Source of the DNA: a virus
Taxonomy: Duplodnaviria > Caudoviricetes
Direction: 5' to 3' (one strand)
Length of the DNA stretch: 64,000 bases
Virus record (IMG/VR): IMGVR_UViG_3300042888_002988
Span: 32,001 to 96,000 of that record
In this document: piece by piece, positions 45,471 to 52,935 of the stretch
How the letters are laid out: every line of letters begins with the position of its first letter
Numbering within the stretch: the first letter of the stretch is position 1
The notes under the pieces: model-generated
Database searches by the model: none
What the model was told of the DNA's origin: nothing
The model's input: only the letters and a program-made list of their open reading frames with translations
Translations under genes and position numbers: made by a program

Positions 45471-48272
45471 ATGCTGATGCTGCACAAGCAGGCAGCCTTT
45501 GAAGGCTGCTCCGAAGAGCAGCTGCGATGCCTCGGCGACGCCTTCGGGCTCGGCCCTTACGCCAAGCCCTACGTGCCGAATTACCGTGAGTGCCCCAAGT
45601 GCCACGAGAAAAAGGCGCGGGTAAAAGAGGTCCACGCCGACACCGGGATGGATGACTTTGAGCTGAAGTGCGACGCCTGCGGTGCGTGGAGCGACATTGA
45701 GCCAGAGAAGTCGGCCTTCCTTGGGGCCGGCAAGCTGATGGGCAACGGCAAGGTTGTAAAAGACTTCATCCGTCATATGCGCGGGATGGATATCCCCATT
45801 AACCGGGTGCGTCCTGCGAATCCCGCAGCTATTCTGGCCAACACCAGCCACCTACCGGTCGGCGCGTCGCAGCACAGCTTCTCCAAGGTGTATCCTGGTT
45901 TGCGTAGGACAACCGACCTACCAATGAACACCAGCAGTTTGGATGTCGGCAAAGGGGTGCCTAGAGTGAATCTACAGATGCGCGATGGTAAATTCTTCCA
46001 GACACCTGGGGTGCAAGGCGGCACTAACCCGTCACCGATCGCGTCGATGTTCCACGAGGGAGGGCACGCCATGCACCAGCGCGAACTGCTGCGCGTCGCC
46101 AAGCAATCGCCCGAGCGCTTTGGCGGTGTGCCGCACTGGAAAACACTGGAGTATGGCAATCATTTCATCCCCGGGCAACCGGGGTTGTCGACCGTGCTGG
46201 ACGAGATCGGCGCCAACAACGCCGCCTTGCAGTTTGGGCAGCAGGCGGGGGCGACACCGGAGGCTATGAACTTCTATCGAGCAGCCAGACAGAACTCGTT
46301 CAATACATACAAGGGTGCGGTTGAAAACACCCCGCTGGCTCAGCAGGTGATGCAGCGCGGCGGCAAGGGCTACACCGATGACCTCAGAACCGTGAATCTC
46401 TACGAAGGGTTCGGTAAGTCAGCGAGCGCTGAGCTCGTCTTGCGAAAGAAGGCCTCAATCGCACCGAAGGACCTACGCTACTGGGACGATGTCAACGATG
46501 CGGTGGCTAAAAAAATCAGCGCCCTGACTCCCGAGGAGCAAGCTCAAGCTGCCGCTGGGCAGGTGTCGGTGATCGGCTCCTGTGGGCACCCGATACGCCA
46601 GGGCAACAACGGCGTGACCGTCGAGATCGGCAAGGAGTGCTTTACCTGCATGCAGGCCAACGCCCCGCTGTTGAAGTCCGGCAGCATACTGGAGCTGTTC
46701 GGAGGCGTCGAGCTCGAGAAATACGCGGTGGTCAAGCAGGATGCTGACACCGGCAAATGGATCCTGTGGGCCCGGGACGGCAAACGCAAGCTGGGCACGC
46801 ATGATACGCCGGATGAGGCCTACAAGCAGGAGTATGCGATCCAGAAAGCACAGGAGCGCAAGAAGTCTGCTTCGGCAGAAGAGACAGCGCAGGATCTCAT
46901 GAAGCGCCCGTGCTGCGGCTCAGGCTGCGATAACTGCCCCTACTACCCGCGCTACCAGAAGGGCAACACCGAGGTGCGCGCCGAATTCAAGAAGTCAGCC
47001 TCGTCGCGATCCGCAGAGATCCAGCAGCTGCTGAACGATTCCGACATTCCGGCTGACGTCTATTTCTACACGGACGGTAAGGGGCGCGCCACCGTATGCC
47101 TCGGCGACTGGCACGAAGATCCTGTGCCCGACATCGCCATACAGTTCGGGCGTGCCAACTGGGATCAGTGGGAAGATCCGGATGACACCGAGATCGGCAA
47201 GCCATCGTGGGCAACCGCTACCCTCAGCAAGCGCCAGGAGAAGGCTGCAGCCATCGCCGCCCACATCCGCCGAGCCCGCAACGTCACCCACACTGACCCC
47301 ACGCCGGCTCAGGCCCACGAGGGTAACTATCGCAAGGGTGAGTTCACCATGCACGGCATGACCATCAAGCTTGAAAATCCCAAGGGCACCACGCGCCGCG
47401 GTTACAAGGACGGGAAGGAGATCTGGGCGCGCGTCATGCAAGCCGACTACGGCTACTTCAAAGGCACTGAAGCGGTGGACGGCGATGCCATTGACTGTTT
47501 CGTCGGCCCGAATCCAGACAGCGAGATGGTGGTGGCGATCGACCAATACCGGGGCGATACCTTCGACGAGACCAAGTTTGTCCTGGGGGTCGACTCCCAG
47601 GACGAGGGCTCCAAACTTTACCTGGCACACTACCCGAAGGGATGGCGGCTCGGCCCCGTCTCGACCACTACCGTGCAGCAGCTCAAGGCGTGGCTGAAGG
47701 CCGGCAAGCACAAGGTGCCGTTCAAGGGGCAGCTGGTGAAAGCGGCTTCGATTAGCGGGCTGCTGCGTTCTGCGCTCTCCGCTCGGTCCTTGAAGCCATT
47801 CGCCACCAACGCGCCCATGTCCCGGCGTGTGTTCTTTGACAAGTCCATCAGGAAGGCTGCGCCGATGATGTTGCCGGACACCCCCATGGTGCAGGCTGGC
47901 TTCAAGGGGCTCGCCGCTGCCACCAACAAGGATGTCGTGAGCAAGGTAGGCGACACGATCGGCGCTGTCGGGAAGATCGGCCAACCGCACACTCCGCAAG
48001 CATTGCCGAAGATGGTTGCTGCGGGCGGTGCAAATCCGTCTCGAAATTTCACGGACGCAGCAGAGCGCATGATACCCGCAGTGCCCAAAGCTCCCGCAGA
48101 GCTGCCAGGCGTGGCGGCGATGGCCATGCTTCCGGGAACCTACTCACGAAGGTCGTTGCTGCAACGGTTTCTGCTCGCCAGCGCGACCGACGCCAACACG
48201 CTTCCCACGCTGGCTCGGTTTGGAGCTGGCGTAACAAGCGGGGCAGGCAATGTGGCCAATATGCTGGCATGA
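45471..48272 (+). CDS. Modular KxA-punctuated protein: Zn ribbon, zincin, Cys cluster, InPase-like domain
   Basis: CPKC..CDAC; FHEGGH...E; CCGSGCDNCPY; GNYRKG...LENPKG..R.G..MQADYGYF.GTE..DGDAID.FVG; start 45471 preferred over GTG 45441. Confidence 0.8.
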   Translation: MLMLHKQAAFEGCSEEQLRCLGDAFGLGPYAKPYVPNYRECPKCHEKKARVKEVHADTGMDDFELKCDACGAWSDIEPEKSAFLGAGKLMGNGKVVKDFIRHMRGMDIPINRVRPANPAAILANTSHLPVGASQHSFSKVYPGLRRTTDLPMNTSSLDVGKGVPRVNLQMRDGKFFQTPGVQGGTNPSPIASMFHEGGHAMHQRELLRVAKQSPERFGGVPHWKTLEYGNHFIPGQPGLSTVLDEIGANNAALQFGQQAGATPEAMNFYRAARQNSFNTYKGAVENTPLAQQVMQRGGKGYTDDLRTVNLYEGFGKSASAELVLRKKASIAPKDLRYWDDVNDAVAKKISALTPEEQAQAAAGQVSVIGSCGHPIRQGNNGVTVEIGKECFTCMQANAPLLKSGSILELFGGVELEKYAVVKQDADTGKWILWARDGKRKLGTHDTPDEAYKQEYAIQKAQERKKSASAEETAQDLMKRPCCGSGCDNCPYYPRYQKGNTEVRAEFKKSASSRSAEIQQLLNDSDIPADVYFYTDGKGRATVCLGDWHEDPVPDIAIQFGRANWDQWEDPDDTEIGKPSWATATLSKRQEKAAAIAAHIRRARNVTHTDPTPAQAHEGNYRKGEFTMHGMTIKLENPKGTTRRGYKDGKEIWARVMQADYGYFKGTEAVDGDAIDCFVGPNPDSEMVVAIDQYRGDTFDETKFVLGVDSQDEGSKLYLAHYPKGWRLGPVSTTTVQQLKAWLKAGKHKVPFKGQLVKAASISGLLRSALSARSLKPFATNAPMSRRVFFDKSIRKAAPMMLPDTPMVQAGFKGLAAATNKDVVSKVGDTIGAVGKIGQPHTPQALPKMVAAGGANPSRNFTDAAERMIPAVPKAPAELPGVAAMAMLPGTYSRRSLLQRFLLASATDANTLPTLARFGAGVTSGAGNVANMLA

Positions 48273-48297
48273 CCTGATCGCCAGGTGCCTGGGTGTA

Positions 48298-48337
48298 TGC
48301 AAGTCCATGACCGCCGGTGTCATAAGGATTTGCTATG
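48298..48337 (+). promoter_or_regulatory. Conserved promoter cassette copy 1
   Basis: TGCAAG-17-CATAAG-GATTTGCT-ATG. Confidence 0.7.
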
Positions 48338-48964
48338 AGTACTACCAAGCCAACACCAACAGTCCGCCCCGCAACGACGGGGAAGGCTCAGCCCGTATCT
48401 GAAACCCCAACCTTCACGAAGGACAGCGAGATGCCTCTCTCCTACAGCGAGAAGTCTCCGTTGCTTGACGCGAAGCCGCTGCCGAAGCAGATGGAAGATC
48501 TGGATGATACCCAGTTCGAAAACCTGCAGGAGCAGCTGGCGCACGAGGCGTTCGTCCGCTCTCCAGAACATCGTGGTGACATGATGTTCCAAGAGCTGAT
48601 GCACGAAAAAGACCTGCTGACCCGCAAGCAGGTCCACAACGCAAAGGACGCGGTCCGCCTGATCTCGGGCGCGATCACGACCTTTGCGGATCACAAAGAC
48701 TCGCGGGCCAAGATCCGTCAAGACGACGGACCAGTCATCAACCATGCGCGTGAGCGTGTGGAGATGACCACCACGGTGAGATCGCTGCGCTTCGTGCGCG
48801 GTCGCTACACCGTCTGGGTATCGATTGCCGAAGACGAGGACGACGCCCGCTGTGGTGTCGTCATCAAGCGCCGCTGGCGTGACCCCATCCACATCACGGC
48901 GGAAGAGTTCCCCACGGTGTTGGAAAAGCTCGCCTGGCACTTCAGCCTGGCGGGGAGGATCTGA
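48335..48964 (+). CDS. Hypothetical protein
   Basis: ATG within the promoter cassette. Confidence 0.65.
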   Translation: MSTTKPTPTVRPATTGKAQPVSETPTFTKDSEMPLSYSEKSPLLDAKPLPKQMEDLDDTQFENLQEQLAHEAFVRSPEHRGDMMFQELMHEKDLLTRKQVHNAKDAVRLISGAITTFADHKDSRAKIRQDDGPVINHARERVEMTTTVRSLRFVRGRYTVWVSIAEDEDDARCGVVIKRRWRDPIHITAEEFPTVLEKLAWHFSLAGRI

Positions 48965-48973
48965 TCGGAATCA

Positions 48974-49014
48974 CACCGGGCCGGCTGACAACCGGCCCGG
49001 TGTTCACCTTTTTT
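48974..49014 (+). terminator. Terminator-like hairpin
   Basis: CACCGGGCCGG-CTGACAA-CCGGCCCGGTG then TTCACCTTTTTT. Confidence 0.6.
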
Positions 49015-49020
49015 ACCATC

Positions 49021-49350
49021 ATGGAAAAAGAATACATCAAGGCCATGTTCGGCCAGCACGCCGTCCACGCGGCGTTCAACTACATCGTGCAGGAGTCCGG
49101 CACCAAAGATGAAGACCGTGGTCTCATCGCCGGGAACACCAGCTTCGTTGAGGCCATGAGCTTCGGCGGAGTGAACCACGGTATCCACACGCTCGTGCTG
49201 TGCGACGTCGTCATCCGCCCCAGGCTGGTGATCGCGTCGAGCCACCTGAAGGGATCGGGAGCCAGCGGGCTGTTCAAGGGCATGGCCCTGGCGACGGTCA
49301 AGCCATGGCTTGATCAAGGCAAGATCATCATCAACAATATGCCCGGATGA
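49021..49350 (+). CDS. Hypothetical protein
   Basis: ORF in the accessory island. Confidence 0.6.
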   Translation: MEKEYIKAMFGQHAVHAAFNYIVQESGTKDEDRGLIAGNTSFVEAMSFGGVNHGIHTLVLCDVVIRPRLVIASSHLKGSGASGLFKGMALATVKPWLDQGKIIINNMPG

Positions 49351-49982
49351 TACCGATGAACCCGAAACTACTGCAAGCGGTCATGCTGGCCGCCATGTTC
49401 GGTGGTGATCCTCCGGTCCGCAAGGATACGCCGGTCGCCGACGAGAACGAGGACTTCCACGCCCACCTGAAGCGCTGCAAGCAGTGCGCCGATCATCCGT
49501 TTGCGCTCTGCGTGACAGGTGAGCGGCTCATCGAGCTCGCCGCGGAAGCCATCAACAACCCGCCAGCCGGCATATACAAAAAGCAAGAGGGCCTGCTGAC
49601 GAAGCTCGAAGCCTTCCAGGACTGGCCTGAGCGTTACGAATACATCATCGGTTTAGGTAGATCGTTGCCGCAAATGCCGGAAGCTCTGAAAACCCCAGAG
49701 CGTTTGATTAGGGGTTGCCAATCGCAAGTGTGGCTCGACGCCGCGCACGAAGACGGGCGTATCCGTTACGCTGCGGATTCAGACTCGGCCATTACCAAGG
49801 GGATGATCGCACTCTTCGTGCAAGTATTGGACGGTGAAACGCCCGCCGCTGTCAGGACAGCGGACATGAGTTTCATTGACCGCACCAGGCTCAGGGAGCA
49901 CCTCACCCCTAGCCGAGCAAACGCCATCAACTTGATGGTGACTCGAATGAAACAACTCGCCGCAGCGCCACCATGTTCGTAA
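49347..49982 (+). CDS. sufE: Phage N-terminal domain fused to SufE/CsdE-like sulfur acceptor
   Basis: FQDWPERYEYIIGLGRSLP...IRGCQSQVWL...ADSDSAITKG...LTPSRAN. Confidence 0.88.
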   Translation: MIPMNPKLLQAVMLAAMFGGDPPVRKDTPVADENEDFHAHLKRCKQCADHPFALCVTGERLIELAAEAINNPPAGIYKKQEGLLTKLEAFQDWPERYEYIIGLGRSLPQMPEALKTPERLIRGCQSQVWLDAAHEDGRIRYAADSDSAITKGMIALFVQVLDGETPAAVRTADMSFIDRTRLREHLTPSRANAINLMVTRMKQLAAAPPCS

Positions 49983-50896
49983 AAGACATCTCCTATCCGC
50001 CGCCAGAAGCAATCCGCAGTCCACAGGCGTGCAAGCAAGTGTTGAACATAGCCGCCGTGGACGCCGGCTCGTATCTGCGGTTCGCCACCGTGCTGCTACA
50101 GGCTCGCTTTGGGTCCCAGCTGTGGGTGACTAAGGATGTCAGCGACGACATGATGGCCGCCGACATCGATCCGGACGAAATCAAGTTCGATGAGGTCGAC
50201 TGGCCAGCGAACCGCATGGAGGTCTACTTCCAGGATCGAGATCTGCCGACGCTACTGGTTGCCCGGTTCTCGAACCGGTCCCAGCGTGTCGAGATCGAGA
50301 AGATGGCACAGGAGTCGCTATTTGCGAAGCCATCGCCTGGTGACGCTCTGGATCCCGACCTGCAGCTGCTGCACGTGCAGGCCGAGGACCACGAGGGCTC
50401 GGTCGTGTCCATGTCGTATACCGCCGAGGACGTCGACCGGTTTGCGGCCGGCGAGGATCTGCATGATGCGTCGAAAGACCATCACGGCATGTCCACCGCC
50501 ATGGACCGGAATGAGGAAGCGGAACTCCGCCGTCTCACCATACTGTTCTACAAGGTGCTGCTGCTCGCCGGCAGCGAGGGTCACTCGATCCGCAGAACCC
50601 GGGACAAGCCCACCAAGAAGGAAGGTGGTAAGGCCGGCTTCAAGAACCGCCCCAACCATGAGCGGCTCATCGTCGAGTACCTGCCCCGACACTTGCAGGA
50701 GCGGCGCAAGGACGCTGAGACTCACACGCGCAAGCATCAGTTCAACGGCCGCCGTGGTCATTGGCGTCGCTTCCGCAGTGAAAAATTCGTCCACAAGCGT
50801 GGTACGCGTAAATTCATCTACCCGATCAACGGGCCCGATGGACAGCCGCCGAAGCGCAAATTCGTAGTCAAGAAACCAACCCCACCAACACCGTGA
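49973..50896 (+). CDS. Conserved phage hypothetical protein
   Basis: C-terminal RRGHWRR motif common in phage proteins. Confidence 0.7.
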   Translation: MFVKDISYPPPEAIRSPQACKQVLNIAAVDAGSYLRFATVLLQARFGSQLWVTKDVSDDMMAADIDPDEIKFDEVDWPANRMEVYFQDRDLPTLLVARFSNRSQRVEIEKMAQESLFAKPSPGDALDPDLQLLHVQAEDHEGSVVSMSYTAEDVDRFAAGEDLHDASKDHHGMSTAMDRNEEAELRRLTILFYKVLLLAGSEGHSIRRTRDKPTKKEGGKAGFKNRPNHERLIVEYLPRHLQERRKDAETHTRKHQFNGRRGHWRRFRSEKFVHKRGTRKFIYPINGPDGQPPKRKFVVKKPTPPTP

Positions 50897-51387
50897 ATAT
50901 CGATCCATCCAAATACATCGCAGCAGAGGAGCCTGCCGTAAGGCCTTACAACCACGCCACCGACAGCGACCTCGTCGAGGATTACATGACCGAAATCCGC
51001 CGGTTGGGCTTCGTCATGGGAGACAGCCCGCGGATGATGGAATTCATCACCGTGGATTACGACATCACCGTCGCGCGCAGCCTGGTCTTCCCGGAGCGCC
51101 CGGAGGTGGCCGTGTTCCACTTGGAAGTGGATACGCCCATCGGCAAGATGCATGTGACATCTATGATGCTGTTCGGTGTGGACGACCAGAACGTCCTGTG
51201 GTTCTCGGAGCACGGCGGCTACGTCACAGCGGCCAACCACATCGCCATGAAGCGCGAGATGAAGAAGGCGCTCACGGAAACATTCGGCGAGGACTTCATG
51301 CAGAATATCATGAAGCGCGCCAAGGAGGGTAACATGCCACCGCCGGACGAGGGCGACTGGTGGAAGAACGGAGGCGACCCTCCGTGA
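50893..51387 (+). CDS. Hypothetical protein
   Basis: GTGA overlap. Confidence 0.6.
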   Translation: MNIDPSKYIAAEEPAVRPYNHATDSDLVEDYMTEIRRLGFVMGDSPRMMEFITVDYDITVARSLVFPERPEVAVFHLEVDTPIGKMHVTSMMLFGVDDQNVLWFSEHGGYVTAANHIAMKREMKKALTETFGEDFMQNIMKRAKEGNMPPPDEGDWWKNGGDPP

Positions 51388-51578
51388 AGACACTGCCGCT
51401 ATGGCCTGGCGCCCACCTGACCGAGGACAACCTCTGCGGCATTGCCGAGGAGATCGTAAAGGATCCAACTTGGAAGATCAGCCCGGCGTTCGGTGCCGGG
51501 TGCTGTCGGCCTCTATTCAATGAGGCTCGGGAGCGTATCCTGCGCGAGCGTGCAATTCTGGCGTCTGGCGGGTCATAA
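51384..51578 (+). CDS. Small hypothetical protein
   Basis: GTGA overlap; 3' end contains the promoter cassette. Confidence 0.5.
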   Translation: MKTLPLWPGAHLTEDNLCGIAEEIVKDPTWKISPAFGAGCCRPLFNEARERILRERAILASGGS

Positions 51579-51590
51579 TGGTTTACTATG
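51551..51590 (+). promoter_or_regulatory. Conserved promoter cassette copy 2
   Basis: TGCAAT-17-CATAAT-GGTTTACT-ATG. Confidence 0.75.
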
Positions 51591-52175
51591 GAAACCAACA
51601 CCAAAGACATCACGCATGCTCTCGACAAAATCGCAGAGTGTGCCCGGAACCTGAAGGCAGTCACGACCACCGTTCACACCACGGACTATCGGCACAACAT
51701 CTTTCAACTGGCCTACAACGCCGGTCGGCTCTCGGAGCTGACTGGTGAGGGCCGGAAGATCTATGACGAGCTGAAACCGGAGATTGCGAGCGGCCTACTC
51801 AGCGGCTGGAACACCATCGAGAACGTCATCGTGCCCCAGTGGCGCGAGAAGTTCCTGAAGGCACAGATGGATCCGGATCGTCAGCTGCACTTCGCCTCCT
51901 ACAGAATAGACAGGCGGGACCGCGAAGACCGCGTAATGATTCTGGAGAAGATCGAAGGCGGCTACTACGCTCGCATCGACGGTGCCTTTTTGAATCACGG
52001 CAATGATCGCAACGGCACTGTCCTGATGGACGGTGTCGTTGCGATCGGTCGGTTCAAGGATGGCGCAGCCGAACTACTGGGCCTCCCTGAGTGCCCTCGG
52101 TTCTTCGACACTCACGAGCAGACTTACGATCTAGTCGCGGAGGAGCTTGAAGAGACGCCGGTAACGCTCCACTAA
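51588..52175 (+). CDS. Hypothetical composite protein
   Basis: ATG within the cassette. Confidence 0.65.
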   Translation: METNTKDITHALDKIAECARNLKAVTTTVHTTDYRHNIFQLAYNAGRLSELTGEGRKIYDELKPEIASGLLSGWNTIENVIVPQWREKFLKAQMDPDRQLHFASYRIDRRDREDRVMILEKIEGGYYARIDGAFLNHGNDRNGTVLMDGVVAIGRFKDGAAELLGLPECPRFFDTHEQTYDLVAEELEETPVTLH

Positions 52176-52180
52176 TCGGT

Positions 52181-52222
52181 TTGCAGCTGCTGGCTCCTAC
52201 GGGGGCCGGCGGCTGCAATTCT
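52181..52222 (+). terminator. Hairpin whose 3' arm contains the next -35
   Basis: TTGCAGCTGCTGGCTCC-TACG-GGGGCCGGCGGCTGCAA then TTCT. Confidence 0.6.
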
Positions 52223-52253
52223 TTACCTGGGTGGGTCATAATGATTTACTATG
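52214..52253 (+). promoter_or_regulatory. Conserved promoter cassette copy 3
   Basis: TGCAAT-17-CATAAT-GATTTACT-ATG. Confidence 0.75.
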
Positions 52254-52520
52254 AACCAAACCATTGAAATTAGTATCACCGAAAAGGCCCTCCTCGACGC
52301 AGTCATTGAAAACGCGACTTTGCGCCTCGAAAGAGCACGAGTCGTGACAACCGTGGACTACATGAAGATGGCGTGCGAGGATGCCATCGCGGAGACCATC
52401 GCGGAGACAAAGAAAGAAGCTGAAGCGCGCTACGAAAAGTTGCTGGAACTGATGACGAGGCCCGCACCGGCACCCGCCAAGAAGGCGCCCGCCAAGAAGG
52501 TAGCCGCCAAGAAGGTCTAG
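52251..52520 (+). CDS. Small helical protein with PAKK (H1-like) tail
   Basis: PAPAPAKKAPAKKVAAKKV. Confidence 0.65.
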   Translation: MNQTIEISITEKALLDAVIENATLRLERARVVTTVDYMKMACEDAIAETIAETKKEAEARYEKLLELMTRPAPAPAKKAPAKKVAAKKV

Positions 52521-52530
52521 TTGACGATAG

Positions 52531-52570
52531 AATTGCACCTCAGCCCCGCGAGGGGTTGTTGTGCAATTCT
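52531..52570 (+). terminator. Hairpin whose 3' arm contains the next -35
   Basis: AATTGCAC..CAGCCCC-GCGA-GGGGTTG..GTGCAATT. Confidence 0.55.
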
Positions 52571-52601
52571 TTACCTGGTTGTGCCATAATGGATTGCTAT
52601 G
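52562..52601 (+). promoter_or_regulatory. Conserved promoter cassette copy 4
   Basis: TGCAAT-17-CATAAT-GGATTGCT-ATG. Confidence 0.75.
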
Positions 52602-52883
52602 AGCGCAACCATTACGCCGACCGCGCAAGCGGAGGCCAAGAAAGTTCCACAAGTGTATGTCGATCTCACCACCATCGGCGAACAGCTGGATGAGGTGGAG
52701 CGGCGTATGCGAGCTACTGTATTCGGCGCGGAAAAACGCCTGGGACTGGAAAACGTCCTCAAGTCTTTCCGCTTGATGGCGACCGCGCAGGAAGCCCTGC
52801 GCGAGCTGTCGGTCACGGTCCACCCGATGCCTCCCATGAAGGAGCCGTCGGTGGAGGAGTTGATGGCCGGAGGCTACATGTGA
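52599..52883 (+). CDS. Small helical hypothetical protein
   Basis: ATG within the cassette. Confidence 0.6.
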   Translation: MSATITPTAQAEAKKVPQVYVDLTTIGEQLDEVERRMRATVFGAEKRLGLENVLKSFRLMATAQEALRELSVTVHPMPPMKEPSVEELMAGGYM

Positions 52884-52935
52884 TCCACAGCACGCACTGC
52901 CCGGGGTGACCTGGGCAGTGTGGTAGCTTTTTTAC

